Source of the DNA: Octopus bimaculoides
Lineage: Eukaryota
Assembly (NCBI RefSeq): GCF_001194135.2
Contig: NC_068984.1
Span: forward strand, 118,619,346-118,683,345
DNA length: 64,000 nucleotides
Direction: 5' to 3'
Positions 35,631-50,029 of the stretch are shown piece after piece (within the stretch, counting starts at the first letter, position 1; each line of letters starts with the position of its first letter). A model generated the notes under the pieces. The model searched no databases. It was not told the origin of the DNA and saw nothing but the letters and a program-made list of their open reading frames with translations. The translations under genes were made by a program, and so were the position numbers.

Positions 35631-37331
35631 AAATAGTCTAATATTGGGGGCATATAAGCCCTCAACAGAAAAAAAGTGGGTTTTTCATACATGTGTGGCT
35701 CAGACTCACGCCTCTATGTTTTTTGCAACAAATGTGCTACAATTTACACCAACGTACCCACCTACTACTTCCCATCAGATTAAGAACCATCATTTCATAG
35801 AGTTGTTTTTTTATAAACAAAGTAGCATGTGTGATTTCTACAATGATTTGATAAGTATACCGAATTTTACAATTCTGTAAATAATTGTATTTTTTATAAG
35901 CTTTAAAGCTTATAAGCAGTCACCGTGTATTGATTATATATATATATATATATCAATTATGTTGATGTCATAAGGATTTATAAACTTTTGAGGGAACATG
36001 AAATAATTCTTTTATAGAATAGTGGATTTCAAAGAGGGTAAAGCATTAAATAATATGTAAATATTGGAGTTGAAAATGCCCTTTTGAATAGAAAAAAGTC
36101 AAAGGCAGCCCATGGAACAGAACCTGAAAGCATGTGGTTGGGAAGCAAACATCTTAACCACACAGTCATGCCTACACCTGACATCAAATTCTTGAGTTCA
36201 AATTCCGCCAAGGTCAACTTTGCCTTTCATTCTTCCGAGCTCGATCACATAAGTACCAGTTGAGCACTGGAGTCAATGTAATCGACTTACCCTGTCGCAC
36301 CAAAATTCCAGGCTTTGTACCTATAGCAGAAAGCATATTAAATTTACTGCCCAAAGAATCTAATGTTTATTTTAAAACTATTTAATTATTCTTCCTGCTA
36401 GCAGAGAGCACATCTTCAGTAATTCCTGGCTTATGAAATCATAGAATGCCTGTCATATCTACAGGACATGTAGGCTGTTATCCATGAGCAGCCTTCACCT
36501 TTTTCTATCCAGAGACATTTTTTCAACGCAATATTAACATCCTGTTATTCATAACTTTATCACCCGCTTCAAGATTCTCTATTCTAAGTGTATGTATGTA
36601 TGTATGTATGTATGTATGTATGTATGTATGTGTGTGTGTGTATATGTGCCCCTGGGTAGGGAATGCCTCCTGGTCTTGACATTATGTAACAGTTATAAAT
36701 GGGCCCCACTATCATACGAATGATGTCAAATTTTTAACCCATGAAACCATGTGCAATCATGGATAAATACCCTTTCTCTTGGAGACAAGAAGGGCATCAG
36801 GCTTTAGAAAATCTACAGCAATGAAATTCCATCTGACCCATGCAAGTATAGAAAAGTGGATGTAAAACCAATGGTGATGATGATGATGATGTCATTAATT
36901 AGCAATCACTAATTTATAATATAAATATAAACAAAACAACTTATATCTCATAACTACAAATTCTTAAAAATTAATACAGTAATGTTTAAAAGTCAAGTGC
37001 ATTGCAGTATCAATAAAAGAAGGTTTTCAAAATTTCTTTAACCTTTAAATACAATATATAAAATAAAACTACATATGAAAGCTTACACATTTTATACACA
37101 GCTCGTGACATTTCAACTCCCACTAATATCAACATTTTCATTGAGCGAATGATAACCATTGATATTTAACCTGAAGAATAATTTATTTCAAACGACCGAT
37201 CATATAAAACTAAATGTCAAAAATATAAAAGAACACTCTGATCCACCTCACTGAGAATGTTTTTTTTTTTACATTTTTATACTTTTTTTTATATATTATT
37301 GCACCAGAGTTGATTTTTTTTTTTTTTTTTT

Positions 37332-37341
37332 NNNNNNNNNN
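37332..37341. other. Assembly gap (N run)
   Basis: N bases. Confidence 1.
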
Positions 37342-39069
37342 TTTTTTTTTTTTTGTTTTAGTTTTGTTCTTCAGATTTGTATAATTATTTTTCCTGAGAC
37401 TTATTTAAACTCTTGACCTGTGATACTTTTGAACAACATACTTAGATATTTATATATTCAAGTAATTAATTAATTTTTCATTTTATTTATTTCTTTTTCA
37501 TTTATTTTTCAACTTTTTTTTTTCTTTTTTCCTGATTGCGCAGAAGTAATTCTTGGAATCTGAAGTAATTCTTGGAAAGAAGTAGTTACGTTATCTATAA
37601 TAGCTGTTTCTGGCATAGACTTTAGACCTGAAATTTGGTGGGAGGAGATAAGCTGATGCCCTTAACCCTCCCCACATCCCCCATACTTGGTTGCTACTTT
37701 ATTTTCCCAACCTCAAAAAGATGAAAAACAAAGTTGACCTCAGTGAGATATGAACTCAGAACAAAGGTTTTAAATTTTGGCACAAGGCCAGTAATTTCAT
37801 GGGAGAGAGTAAGTCAATTACATCAATCTCAGTGCTTGACTGTTACTTATTTTATCGACCCCTAAAAGATGAAAGACAAAGTTAACCTTGGTAGAATTCG
37901 AACTCAGAACACGAAGACAGACAAAATGCTACCAAGCATTTTGCCCAAAGTGGTAATGATTCTTCCAGCTTGCCACAATAGGGCAAGTAAATATTGGAAA
38001 GCATTTTTTCCCAAAGCTCTAATGATTCTACATTAGAATGAGATAAAAATAATGTGATGTGTTTACAAATATGATGCAATACTTGAAGCAGTGTTTAAAC
38101 TTTATATTAATGTTTATATAATGCTCACAAATAGGATGAAATTTACATGTAATGAGGAGAGGAGAAGTCTAATGTTTTAAGCTAAGGAGTGCCTTTCTCA
38201 AAGAAAAAAAATTTCTTTGAACTAGAATTTGTTTTTTCTTTTTTTCTCATGTTACATAAACTCATTCCATTTTGTGAACTTAACTGAAGTGACTTTTTGC
38301 CAAATCACCATCTTAAATTTCCTCAGACTTGTGTGATTTTTTTTTAATACTCACTCACACACATACACACAGCTACACAATAATTTTAGAGAAAAGAAAC
38401 ACCCACAAAAAATATTTGATATGAGAATAACTGCTTCATATTACTTCACAGATATTCCTGGTCATTTTAAACATTAAGATCACACAAGCCATATCATAAT
38501 ACTATAGTATGTATATCTAAACAATGAAGACCTGTACCATCATCATAGCCATCGATGATTTTACATCTGTCCTTCTATGTATGCATGCATAGGCTGGATA
38601 GGAGTCTTTGAGGCAATGCCTTGTGGCCAGATTCTCCTGACATCAACCCTTTTAGTGATACAGTGTATCAATTCCAAAAGCTAGGAAACACCCACACACA
38701 TATACACACGTCACCACCACAACAACAACAATGTTTAATGTCTACTTTTCCATCCTTACACCTGTACCAAAAGGAATTTTCTGAGGCAGATTTTTCTAAG
38801 GTTAGGTGCCTTTCCTGTAGGCGACTCTCATCTGTTTCCAAGCTAAGTAATATTTTCCCACATCCAGACATATTTGTCATCATTGTTGTCTTTGTTTAAT
38901 GTCTAATATTTTTCCATGCCCAGGCATATTTCTCATAGAAAATTGGAAACAAATGAAACCACTTGTATGACAGTGACATTCTTTTACAACTGTCAAGTGA
39001 TGTCAAGACAAGGGGACACAAATATATGTCTATTTGTGTCTCTTTGTGCATGAGTCAAAATAAACATAC

Positions 39070-39107
<38 letters not shown>

Positions 39108-39491
39108 GTTGGTGTTAGGAAAGGCATCCAACTATAGAAACCATTCCAAATCAGACAAGAGTTGGGTACACCTTCCAGCTTGCTAGCCCTGGTCAAACTG
39201 CCCAACCCATTACAGCATGGACAACAGACAGTAAATGACGATAATGAGTTCAAACTTACAGAAAACAAAAGATGAAGATAGGGGAAGGAACAACAAGCGG
39301 GTGTATTAGTTTAACACTCAAGAAGAATGGAAACGTTTTTGATGTTTTGAACCTACATTCTTTGACCAAAAGGACTGAGAGAAAAATAAAGCAGAGAGAG
39401 AACGAAAAAAAACAGAGAGAGAAGAAAATGAGTAGGAATTAATGGTTCAACATGATGAAATGGCCAGACGTAAGAGGCTGAGTTATATATA

Positions 39492-39785
39492 AAGGCACAT
39501 GGCTTAGTAGTTAGGGTGTTGCACTTAGAATTTCAAGATTGTAGGTTTGATTCCCAGACCAGGCATTGTGTTCTTGAGCAAAGTACTTCATTTCACGTTG
39601 TTCTGAAATCACTTCATCATTTGACATGTGGCACACAGTGCACCTATACAGGTAATGTCAATTTGGAGGGAGTGATGCTATTTGTGTATAAACATTTGAC
39701 CACTATAAGCAAATCATCTATGTGGTTGTTCAGCAAGAAACTGCCAAACCCCCCATACGTCGTCCAATAATGGGAGAGTCCATGG
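39492..39785 (+). mobile_element. tRNA-derived SINE, family G
   Basis: Homologous to 35000-35300. Confidence 0.75.
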
Positions 39786-41326
39786 TATATATATATATAT
39801 ATATATACATACACAAGCATATGCAACAGGCTGGTTTCATTTACGATCAGCTAAATACATTCACAAAACTTTGGTCAGCCTGGGGTTATAGTTGGATACA
39901 CTTGCCCAAGTTGCTATACAAAAGGACTGAACCTGAAACCACAAGGAGCTTTTTATTAATCCTGAAAGGATAAAAGCTAAGCCGACATCATTGGGATTTG
40001 AACTCACTGTGCGGAGTGTTGGAACAAATACTGTGAAGTATTCTACCCAACACTCTATCAACCAATTTGTGAATTTGCTGCCTTGAGTAATGTATCATAG
40101 CTACAATCACATCAAGCAGTCATAATACCTAATCATGGTCTGCAGATCAATAATTCAATACTATAACACCTGAACCACTTTATCTTTTTAATACTTGAAA
40201 TTAAAGGAGAAACAGAGGGAGAGAGAGACAGAGAGGGGAAAGAGGAGAGAGATAGAGAGAAGAATGAATGATATATATAGAAAGAAGAGTGATGTAGAGA
40301 GAAAAAAAAAACCTTTGAAACAGAAATAAAATATCAATACATAACATATAATTACTACTAGAAATTCTTTACCGATATCTTACAATTCAACCAACACACT
40401 TTCATATCATTGACAGAAATTTTATTTTATTTATATTTTTTAAGAAAAAAAAATTACAAAAAAAAACAAGGAGACAATTTCAAAATGATTTTGAATCAAA
40501 AATCATATATATAAAAACAAAAATTTAAATTAAAAATTTCGAATTTAATTAAAGCAAATCATGAATTCAATTAATTCCTCATTCAAATCACACACTGTAA
40601 TACGGCAATGACATTTGATGAATGTTTGGAGCATAGGAAATGTGTTGTGCTGTTAAGGAAATGATGAGTTCTTTAAGACAAATTGGATAACTAAACGTGA
40701 TATTGTCAAACCCAGTTCAAAATACAGAGAAAATATACAGAATATATATATATATGTAAAACTATGATTCACTTGTAATTTTCATTTATCGTACAACTTT
40801 ACCATATCATTTAAAGAACTTTCGACACTCATGAAATGATTAAATGTTCATGGAAACATCTTCAAGCTGGATTGTGGTAAGAGTCAATTAAAACTTGATA
40901 TTAGTTCTTGAGAAAGTAAAAACAATAAAGATGGTATTAACCAGAAAGTAACTTGGCTTTATACAGTCAGCAACGTACATAGGAAGCTGTAATATGAATA
41001 TTAATAACTATGATTTCATGCCTGAAAGCCTAGAATACCATTTACAGTCTGAAGAATATGAATAGAAACTAGGTCAAAAATTATAAATTGGTAAACAATA
41101 TTTCAATGACTGGATGAATGAAAGAAAAATAGATACATGGATAAAGAATAAATAAGAGTAAGAGAGAAAGAGAGAGTGTTATACTGGTTTAAAATTTTGG
41201 CACAAAACTAGCAATTATGGGGGAGGGGGTAAGTTGATAACATTGACCCCAGTGCTCAGCTGGTATTTATGTTATCAGCTCCAAAAGATAGACAGAAACT
41301 TGGTAGACAGAAACTGAAATAAGCCT

Positions 41327-41367
<41 letters not shown>

Positions 41368-41384
41368 TTGTGTGTGCGTGTTTG

Positions 41385-41575
41385 TCACCGCACCATTGTT
41401 TGACAACTGATGTTGGTGCGTTTATGACCCCCATAACTAAGCGATTCAGCAGAAGAGATCAATAGAATAAGTACTAGGCTTACAAAGAATAAGTCTTGGG
41501 TCGATTTGTTTGACTAAAGGTGGTGCTCCAGCATGGCCATAGTCAAATGACTGAAACAAGTAAAAGGCAAAGAAT
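41385..41575 (+). mobile_element. SINE family C
   Basis: ccattgtttgacaactgatgttgg...ggtggtgctccagcatggccatagtcaaatgactgaaacaagtaaaag. Confidence 0.8.
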
Positions 41576-41856
41576 AAAAGAATATATAAAATTTCCAGGA
41601 TTGAAGAAAATCAGGCACTTAAATAGCAAAGCACCAAGGCCAAGTCGATGATAGCACTATTGTGCACAAACAATATTCAAGGAAAAACATGTAGTAACTA
41701 AAGTCATCACAGATTTGAATTCTGGTTTTTTATACACTCACAAACGGCTGACTGAATACACAAGTCATCAAGGTCACACATGGGTACAGTCACTGCACCT
41801 ATTGTACTGCACACAGGAGACTCTAGATCAAAATGAATTGCAGGTTCCATGTATAT

Positions 41857-41894
<38 letters not shown>

Positions 41895-41898
<4 letters not shown>

Positions 41899-43183
41899 TC
41901 ATCATCATCATTTAACATCTGCTTTCCATGCTGGCATGGGTTGGATGGTTTGACTGAAAACTGGTAAGCCGGGCAGGGGGCGGGGGCTGTACTACATTCC
42001 GATCTGATTTGGCATGATTTCTATAGCTGGATGCTATAGAAACAGCCACTATACTCTGAGAGTGTAGTGGCTGATTTTTACTTGCCACTGGCATGGTTGC
42101 CATTGACCTGACACTGACATCGGTCACAACTATGGTCTCACTTGGCTTGACAGGTCTACACAAGCACGATGTTTCACCAAAGGTCTTGGTCACCTGTCGC
42201 TGCCTCCATGAGACCCAACGCTCGAATGGCATGGGTGCCAGTCAGATGGTACTAGCGTTGGCCATGACTACGATTTCACTGGGTTTGACAGGTCTTCACA
42301 AGCATAGCATATCATTCAACAAATGAAGGGCACTTTTAACAGACCAATTACATGACACTGGTATCAGCCACGACTATGATCTCACTTGGCTTGATGTCAC
42401 TGCCTCCATGAGGCCCAACGCTCGAACAGTGCTTTTTACGTGCCACTGGCACAGGTGCCTGTCAGATGGCGCTAGCATTGGCTACGACTATGATTTCACC
42501 CAGTTTGACAGGTCTTCAGAAGCATAGCATATCACGCAATGATTGAAGGGTGCTTTTAACAGGCCAGTTATGCGACACAGGTATCAGCCATGACCATGAT
42601 CTCACTTGGTTTGATGGGTCTTCTCAAGCATGGTATATTTCCAAAGGTCTTGGTTGATTGGCATTGCTTCTGTGAGGCCCAACATTTGAAGATTGTGCTT
42701 CACTACCTTGTTCCATGTCTTAGTGCAACACTTTTTCACACAGCTGTCCTCATCCATACACATCACATGACAATACAAGTGCAGTCGTCTCTCTTGCACA
42801 CCACAACTGATGTTTCTTATATCCAACTTTTCTCTCAGGGTGCTGTCATGCATGCACACTGACATTACACATCCGGCAGAGCATACTGACTTCATTTCTT
42901 ACAAGCCTACGCATGTCCTCAGCAGTCAACAGTTCATGTTTCACTGCCATGTAGCCTGGCTGTTATCATTCTTTACTTCCCTTACGCATCATACAGTCTG
43001 CCTTTCACTGAGCTAGAGGTCCTTTGTTACCAGCAGAGGTAGGAACTCTCTGAACTTTGCTCAACCTATTATTATTGTAGTAGTTACACTTTCAGAGCGT
43101 CCAACCCTGCTACTGACTTAGTCACCTAGGTAACAGAAGCTATCATGTTCTTCTAGTGTTCCCCCTTGGCATGTGATGGAATC

Positions 43184-43190
<7 letters not shown>
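41895..43190 (-). mobile_element. RTE LINE 3' portion (RT C-terminus, repeated 3' UTR, (GAT)n tail)
   Basis: Minus strand gives DSFCYLGD, AKFRE.LPL.VTK and LREKLDIRNISCGVQERRLHLYCHVMCMDEDSCVKKC, followed by the family-D tail at 41895-42100. Confidence 0.88.
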
Positions 43191-43220
<30 letters not shown>

Positions 43221-43226
43221 CACACA

Positions 43227-43453
43227 NNNNNNNNNNNNNNNNNNNNNNNNNNNNNNNNNNNNNNNNNNNNNNNNNNNNNNNNNNNNNNNNNNNNNNNNNN
43301 NNNNNNNNNNNNNNNNNNNNNNNNNNNNNNNNNNNNNNNNNNNNNNNNNNNNNNNNNNNNNNNNNNNNNNNNNNNNNNNNNNNNNNNNNNNNNNNNNNNN
43401 NNNNNNNNNNNNNNNNNNNNNNNNNNNNNNNNNNNNNNNNNNNNNNNNNNNNN
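43227..43453. other. Assembly gap (N run)
   Basis: N bases flanked by TA/CA tracts. Confidence 1.
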
Positions 43454-43497
<44 letters not shown>

Positions 43498-43854
43498 CTA
43501 TATATATATATATATACACACACACACATATATATATACATGCATGAACATACACAAACACACATATATACAACAGTTCATTGCTTAAATATTGTTTCAT
43601 TACATAGTTAATGAGAAATAAAATAAAACCAGGAACTGTAAAATTAGTGCATAAACTGCAAGATAATGATATATAATGACAGCGTCTACGATTACTTTCA
43701 TATCAATATTGTACAAAGACATTCAATGAATGCTACAGAATGCTAGAATGAATGCTAACCATATATCCGACCAGCTTGGGACTAGGAACGCCCCCCCCCC
43801 CACCATTTCCGAAGTTAGCAGTGTTTTGGGTTTTTAAACCAAGGCTTCATGTAT

Positions 43855-44050
43855 ATTACACATATTCAGAATAAATGACTGGACATGATTAAGGAAGATC
43901 TCAAGAGGCTCAATGGAGGATGCAGAGAGGATGCAGAGAGGCTGGCATGGGACCACCAGTGATGGAGAGTACTGGTGGACCTGGTCAGTTCTATGCATGA
44001 TGACATCTCTGGAACCACAAACCTGTGATGATCCCAGCCCCATCAAGCAA
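43855..44050 (+). mobile_element. LINE (RTE-like) C-terminal fragment
   Basis: LDMIKEDLKRL...AERLAWDHQ.WRVLVDLVSS. Confidence 0.55.
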
Positions 44051-45499
44051 GAGCATGAAGTAAGCAAGCAATTATGTATTAAAATGATCTTCTGTAGATT
44101 TTTAAAATATATTAAGGCAAACATATAAAAGAAATATATTCTCAGACGAATTCATATTTCAACAAAATGACATCAAGAGTTATTTCCCCTGCTTATTGTT
44201 TATGCATGTGCAACAAAGAAAAAAAAAACATTTTGATTCACTTATCTGCCAGTTTTGAACATAATGAAGCCAAAATGTAATGAGTTTAAGCCACTCACCC
44301 AATAAGTATTTCTGCCAAATTTGGTGAAAATCTTTTCAGCCATTTTCCAGTAATTTTGCAAACACACAGACAAACAAAGATGAGCAACTACAACACCCTG
44401 CTTTCGCTTACACGTGCAGGGTAATGAGGAATAAAGACATTACTCTTTAAGCTTCTTTCATTTAATAGTTGTCACTTATGATATGATCTTTATAATGTTT
44501 TAGCATCTATTTAATGGAGATGTAACTCTTTTAGAGAACAGCTGTACATGATATATATAATACATAATGGAAAGTAAATCATAAAATTGTATTTAACAGA
44601 TAGATGCAGATGTGGTTGTGTGGTAAGAAGTTTTGCTTGTCAGCCGCATGGTTTTCAGTTCAGTTCCACTGCACAGCACTTTGGGGAAGTGTCTTCTACA
44701 ATAGTTTCAGGCAAATCAAAACCTAGATGGACTTTGTGGACAGAAATTGAAAGAAACCGGCTTGTGTGTGTGTGTGGGAGGTGGGGGGTGCATGAGTATT
44801 TGTGTTTGTGTGTACTCTTGCTTTGACATATCACATGATGGCTGTAAACAAGCTTCACTGTCATACAAGTGTTGTTCGTCTCCAGTTTTGGCAGCAGGTG
44901 AGAGTTGGTGACAGGAAAGGCATCCAGCCATAGAAAATCTGCCTCAACAAATTCTGTCTCCCTCATGCAAGCATGGAAAAGCGTATGTTAAATGGTAGTG
45001 AAGATGATGAGATAAAAAGTAATAAACTTCTGAAGCAGGATCTCTTTGATCACCATTTAATCATTTCACTTAAAATTCTCATAATTCTTGTAATTAAATT
45101 TTCTTTGATGTACTCAGCACAAGATGTTTTCTCTTTTAGTTTTCCACCAGCAGGTTGTCTTTCAGAGATGGTATTAAATACATATTATAATAAACTAGAC
45201 CAAATAATCACATAAATGTAGAGAGATGAACATGTGCACAGCATCTTTTATACTGAAGCTAATGTATAACATATACACCATAGAAATTAGAAAACTGTCA
45301 AACACTGAATTGCTACAAAGCCTTTCAGATTCAAAATTAGTGAGTTCAAAGTCAGTATGTTTTCTGGAAACTGGATAAATAGTTTGGCACTTGTACTTCT
45401 AGTCTACTTTTCAGTGTTATTGCTCGGTTTAGAAATGAGTGGTGATAGGTGTTCCTCAGAGTTTCTGCTGTGCAAATATTTATTCCATGATTTGTCTCT

Positions 45500-46450
45500 G
45501 ATGCAAAGATTGTTAAACATGCATAGAGTTTTGTGAAGAGTCAATTAAACAAGGGAATAATGAGTTGTAGATATTTGAAAAGCTCTCAGTTTCACCCATC
45601 AGAAATCTGAATGAAGATATAATAGACATTATGGAAAATTCCATCCCTATCCCAGAATCATATGACAGAGACACCAGTAAATAACCCATGTGGGAGAAAT
45701 ATGTAAACTATCTTCTGAAAGAGATATATTTAATCAGGTCACACCTCACTAAAATGATGCATTAATTAGAAATGATTTCCAAGAAAAACTAGAACTTATG
45801 GAACAAGTCCCCCAAACTCTAAGACTAAGAATAGATATATTACGTGGTTTAACACCACTGCCACATACATACACAACAGTAAGAGTACAGCATCCAATAT
45901 AGCTAATTTCCTGTCCCTGATAAGAAAACATTTCCCGGCCATCCATAATTACTATTAACTCTTTAATAAGAATAATGTTAAAGTTGGACACAACTGCTTG
46001 GAAAGCATTGCATCCCAAATTTCCCATTACAACTAAAGTAATATAAATAGAAACAGAACAATCTAACTGCCAAAATTTTATATAACCACATCCAGCCCAC
46101 TCATTGACAAATATCTTACAAAAGTGCTTGTGTACAAGACAAAATAACATCTACCAATGGCATTGAAAAGAACACATGTATAAGCAGACATACAAAGTAC
46201 ACTCACTCCTTCAATTTCAAATATAAAATTATTGACATTTCATTCTCTCAGTACCTTTGGAAACTGAAGGATAATAGGATTGACAACATTCCTATTAGCT
46301 AAAATAATGTGGAAACTTCAAGTTCACATTCCAGTAGTTCTAGGAGATACAACTTCTGTCTGACCAAGAAAATCCTGGTGCAGTCCTCTTAAAGAAGTTA
46401 AACATCTGTGTGTAGGCATAAAAAAAATGATCACCTAAAGAAATTCCAAT
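45500..46450 (+). mobile_element. Penelope-like retroelement fossil (RT C-terminus to GIY-YIG region)
   Basis: Degenerate translation gives KLSSERDIFNQVTPH*NDALIRNDFQEKL, IANFLSLIRKHFP and LFNKNNVKVGHNCLESIASQISHYN, followed by SQYLWKLKD. Confidence 0.7.
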
Positions 46451-47274
46451 CTCAGATTAAGTAATCAATACCATCCATATGATTCTTTGATGCAGGTATC
46501 CTGAAATACAAGCAATAATTTTCTTCTGTAGACCACTACATTGTATTCTCGATCACAACAAACCCCCCCACATTAATGCCCTACCTCCCTTGGATAAGTG
46601 GCAGATGAATTGACCATTGCTACAAAAAAAATCATCCACTAATAGTTTGCTTGATTTATATTACGGCACAATTCAAACCAACACCCTTAACAAGATCACT
46701 GACCAAAGCTAACCAGTGAAATGCAAATAAACCCAGATTTTGTGAGCCTGAATCTCCTAACCAAGTTCAACCACTCACCTGGACACCTGATGGGTTGCAC
46801 AAAGGAAAACTAAGTAGCAACATAATGAATCTTTAGCTGCAAAAGAAAATACATTCTCCTCCACCACCACCACCACCACCATCATTCAACATCTTCAATG
46901 TTGGCATGGTTTGGATGATTTGTCAGTATCTAACATGTTGGAGAACTTTGTCATGCTCCAATGTTTGCTTTGGTATGGTTTCTATGGCTGGAGGCCCTTC
47001 CTAACACCTGTCATTTTACAGATTGTACTGGGTGCTTTAACAATTGCTTTCTTTTAGTAAAATTTACATTCTCCTAACTAATTAATAAGTAGCTTTCGTC
47101 ATTATAGTATATATTTATATCTATATACATCATACCAAATATATATATAATACGTACATCAATTTTTCTGATGAAGCTTAGCCAATACACACCTTGCTGA
47201 AACACTGTGGTTATATTGTAAATGAACAAAAACATGAATAAATCTAATATTATGCATACCCTATATTTATATAA

Positions 47275-47460
47275 GGGTGCCAGTGGCACATATAAGCACC
47301 CATTACACTCTCAGAGTGGTTGGCATTAGGAAGGGCATCCAGCCATAGAAACTGTGACAAATAAGACTGGAGTCTGAAGCAGCCTTCCAGCTTGCCAGCC
47401 CTGGTCAGACTGTCCAACCCATGCCAGCATGGACAACGGACGTTAAATGATGATGATGAT
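47275..47460 (+). mobile_element. RTE-tail SINE, family D
   Basis: gagtggttggcattaggaagggcatccagccatag...ccaacccatgccagcatggacaacggacgttaaatgatgatgatg. Confidence 0.85.
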
Positions 47461-49089
47461 CGTCAACAAAGTTAATGTAATTTTATATTCCTCACAAGTT
47501 CTATTTTGAATTTTTTTAAAAATCTAGAATTTTATCTTTATTATTATAGTTCATGTTTTCAGAAATTTACATTATTCTGAAAGGCAAATAAAATTTGGAC
47601 CAGAATATTTTCCTTTCATAATACATCATGTATATACTAGGTAGCTACTTCTATAAATTCTTTCTATATTTTAAGTTAATATTTCAAGTCGTTGGTAATT
47701 ATATAAAAAATGGAAATAAGAAATTCCAAGTCTTTTATTAGAAAATGCATTTACATTTACAATAGTGATAGCGATAGAGAAACATTCATTTGATAACTAA
47801 CTGCATAATACCAATTGGAGTAGAACAGCTATTATAAATTGTATCATGTGATGCTTTCAATTCATAACATCCCACCTCCTCCACTTTGATATTTTTCCCC
47901 ATATCTTTTTTATAATAAATCTATTTTGAGATCTACTTTTAGAATTATTTTGCTTTCTCATGGGTGTTTCAGTCTTTCTTTTTAATGGCAAAACAAAATG
48001 GATTATTTTACTCCAGTACCAATGAATTGATCGAAGATGCCTTGAAGAGCTATAAATTTCAAAGATCCAAAGCACAAACAAATACAAACTGAATGAAAAT
48101 GAACTTGTTCACTCATATATTGTGGTTGAACTATATGCGAAGAAAATGGGCGGTATTAAAACCATTGTGATTAGCTCCTCAGGCAAAGTACACATGTAGC
48201 TCATAAGATAAGGCCATAAATAATAGTGATGTTAAGGACAACACCCAGAACACTACAACCAACACTACAAACGTCACTTCCTCTTCTTCAAGTAACCACA
48301 ACTAAGATGCATTTTACCCTGCCATACCAGGAATCTCTGTCATGCATTAGCCTTGATAGGTTCTAAATTTCATGTTGTGTATCTCTACCAATAACATCAA
48401 TGTAACTGAGTGGTTTTTGTCCTTTATTAAGGTGCAAATGTTTCCAAAATATAACCTCTGATAAGGCATGGTGTTCAGCACAATAGCAGTGGCCAGCAAA
48501 GCCTACCCTTTGTTGAGTAACAATAGTCATGGGTGGAATGTATCCATAAATCTCCTCTTTAGTCTTGTGCTCACATCATGAGATATTTTGAGTCTTCGTG
48601 AGAAGTCTAGTGTACATTAAAAAGTGATCTTGAAACTCTAGATTTCATCTCTACAGAGAAGAATACTTTCCATACTTAGCCCAGTAGCAAGCCAACCTTG
48701 CTGACTTAGAAATACTTTACTTGATTCTATCTTTACTACAACAAATGGCAATAACAGAAGTGAAACTAAAGATATCAGCTGGGACAAAATAAAGAATCAA
48801 TGTTACCAAACAGAGAAACAATTCTGTTAACAATAATGAAACCAACATCAGAGACAAAACACACACAAGAATTAACTAGATGAAAGCAAATCATTTAAGA
48901 AAAAAATCAGTAAGATGAACTGGTCCAAAATTTTCTGACTGCAAGACAATGACATGAAACTGAAACAGATTATGCCAATAACAAAAGCTCTATGAATTAA
49001 TTATGTCCAGTTTTCATAAAAGCATTAATCCTAGATAATAATATTCTTATGAGATGAAGAACAAAGTTCTCAAATGAATTAAGCCTTAA

Positions 49090-49323
49090 GTAATTATATT
49101 TTGGTTGAATTAATTTTGTTTCAATTCATTTTGAAAATAAAGAATTTAGTCAAATAATTTTGTCATTATTTATCATTAATACCATTTGTCATTCATATGA
49201 AATTTCAATATAAGGTTTTAATGAAATTTTGATGTAATGTTTTAATTTAGATTACTTTAAAATAGGAAGTCTGTATCATAGAACTAGGGGTGAACTCAGG
49301 CAAGTTGGTATTAAAAGGGTCAA
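49090..49323 (-). mobile_element. piggyBac-type MITE, family J
   Basis: Reverse family-J body ending aaaagggtcaa. Confidence 0.6.
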
Positions 49324-50029
49324 AACACTGACAATGAAGAGGGACACTCATAGAAATTGAAAATAAAGATAAACACTTTTATAACTCTTGAGAAGTAAAG
49401 AAAACCTAAAAGACCGAAAAAATCAACTCAAAATAGTTCTTTAGATTTCAAAATAAACTGCTTCATTGCATTACTCAACAGAACTTTCATTTGAAGGAAA
49501 TAGCTCATTTGAAACAGAGCCCTAAAACATAAGTGAATCACTAACAGAAAAAATCCAGTAGTATTTTCACTATTCTGCTAGTAGTTAAACTTGCCACAGG
49601 TGTAATAAACTTGAATTCAGCAATAGGCCTTGATGAGTTCTAAATGTAAAAAAGGCTCTAGTCAAAACTCGTCAGATACTTTTCCAAGATGTTTTTAAAA
49701 GAGTAAATTCTTAAAAGAACTAAAAAAAGGCTAATGTCTTATCTAAAAGAGATGAACAAATTCTAAAAATATAGTGAGTCATCAGAAATAAACTTGTCAT
49801 AGTCTTAAAGGAAAATATGTTGCTAAATGATATTGAGTTTGGTTTATATAGTTCAGGTGGAAGTTGATGCAACATTTTGAGTAGATGTTAAATTAACTGA
49901 CCAAGCAGTCAAATACAAAAGCTATATACTTTATGAAGAATTTCAAAAAAAGTTTAGTTATGAGATAAGCCACAGATACACAATCTCAAAATAGTGGAAC
50001 AATAAGAAATTCAGCAACTGTATTGAGAT

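Noticed and set aside
37087-37170. Minus-strand segment with a good acceptor (ttattcttcag) and donor (gtaagc)
   Set aside because: All three frames contain stops, and the internal ATG frame ends in phase 1, incompatible with the phase-0 exon at 33655. A non-coding exon cannot be excluded.
41742-41822. 81-nt open minus-strand segment with AG/GT (SPVCSTIGAVTVPMCDLDDLCIQSAV)
   Set aside because: It ends in phase 1, so it cannot join the phase-0 MCTP exon, and it has no recognisable homology.
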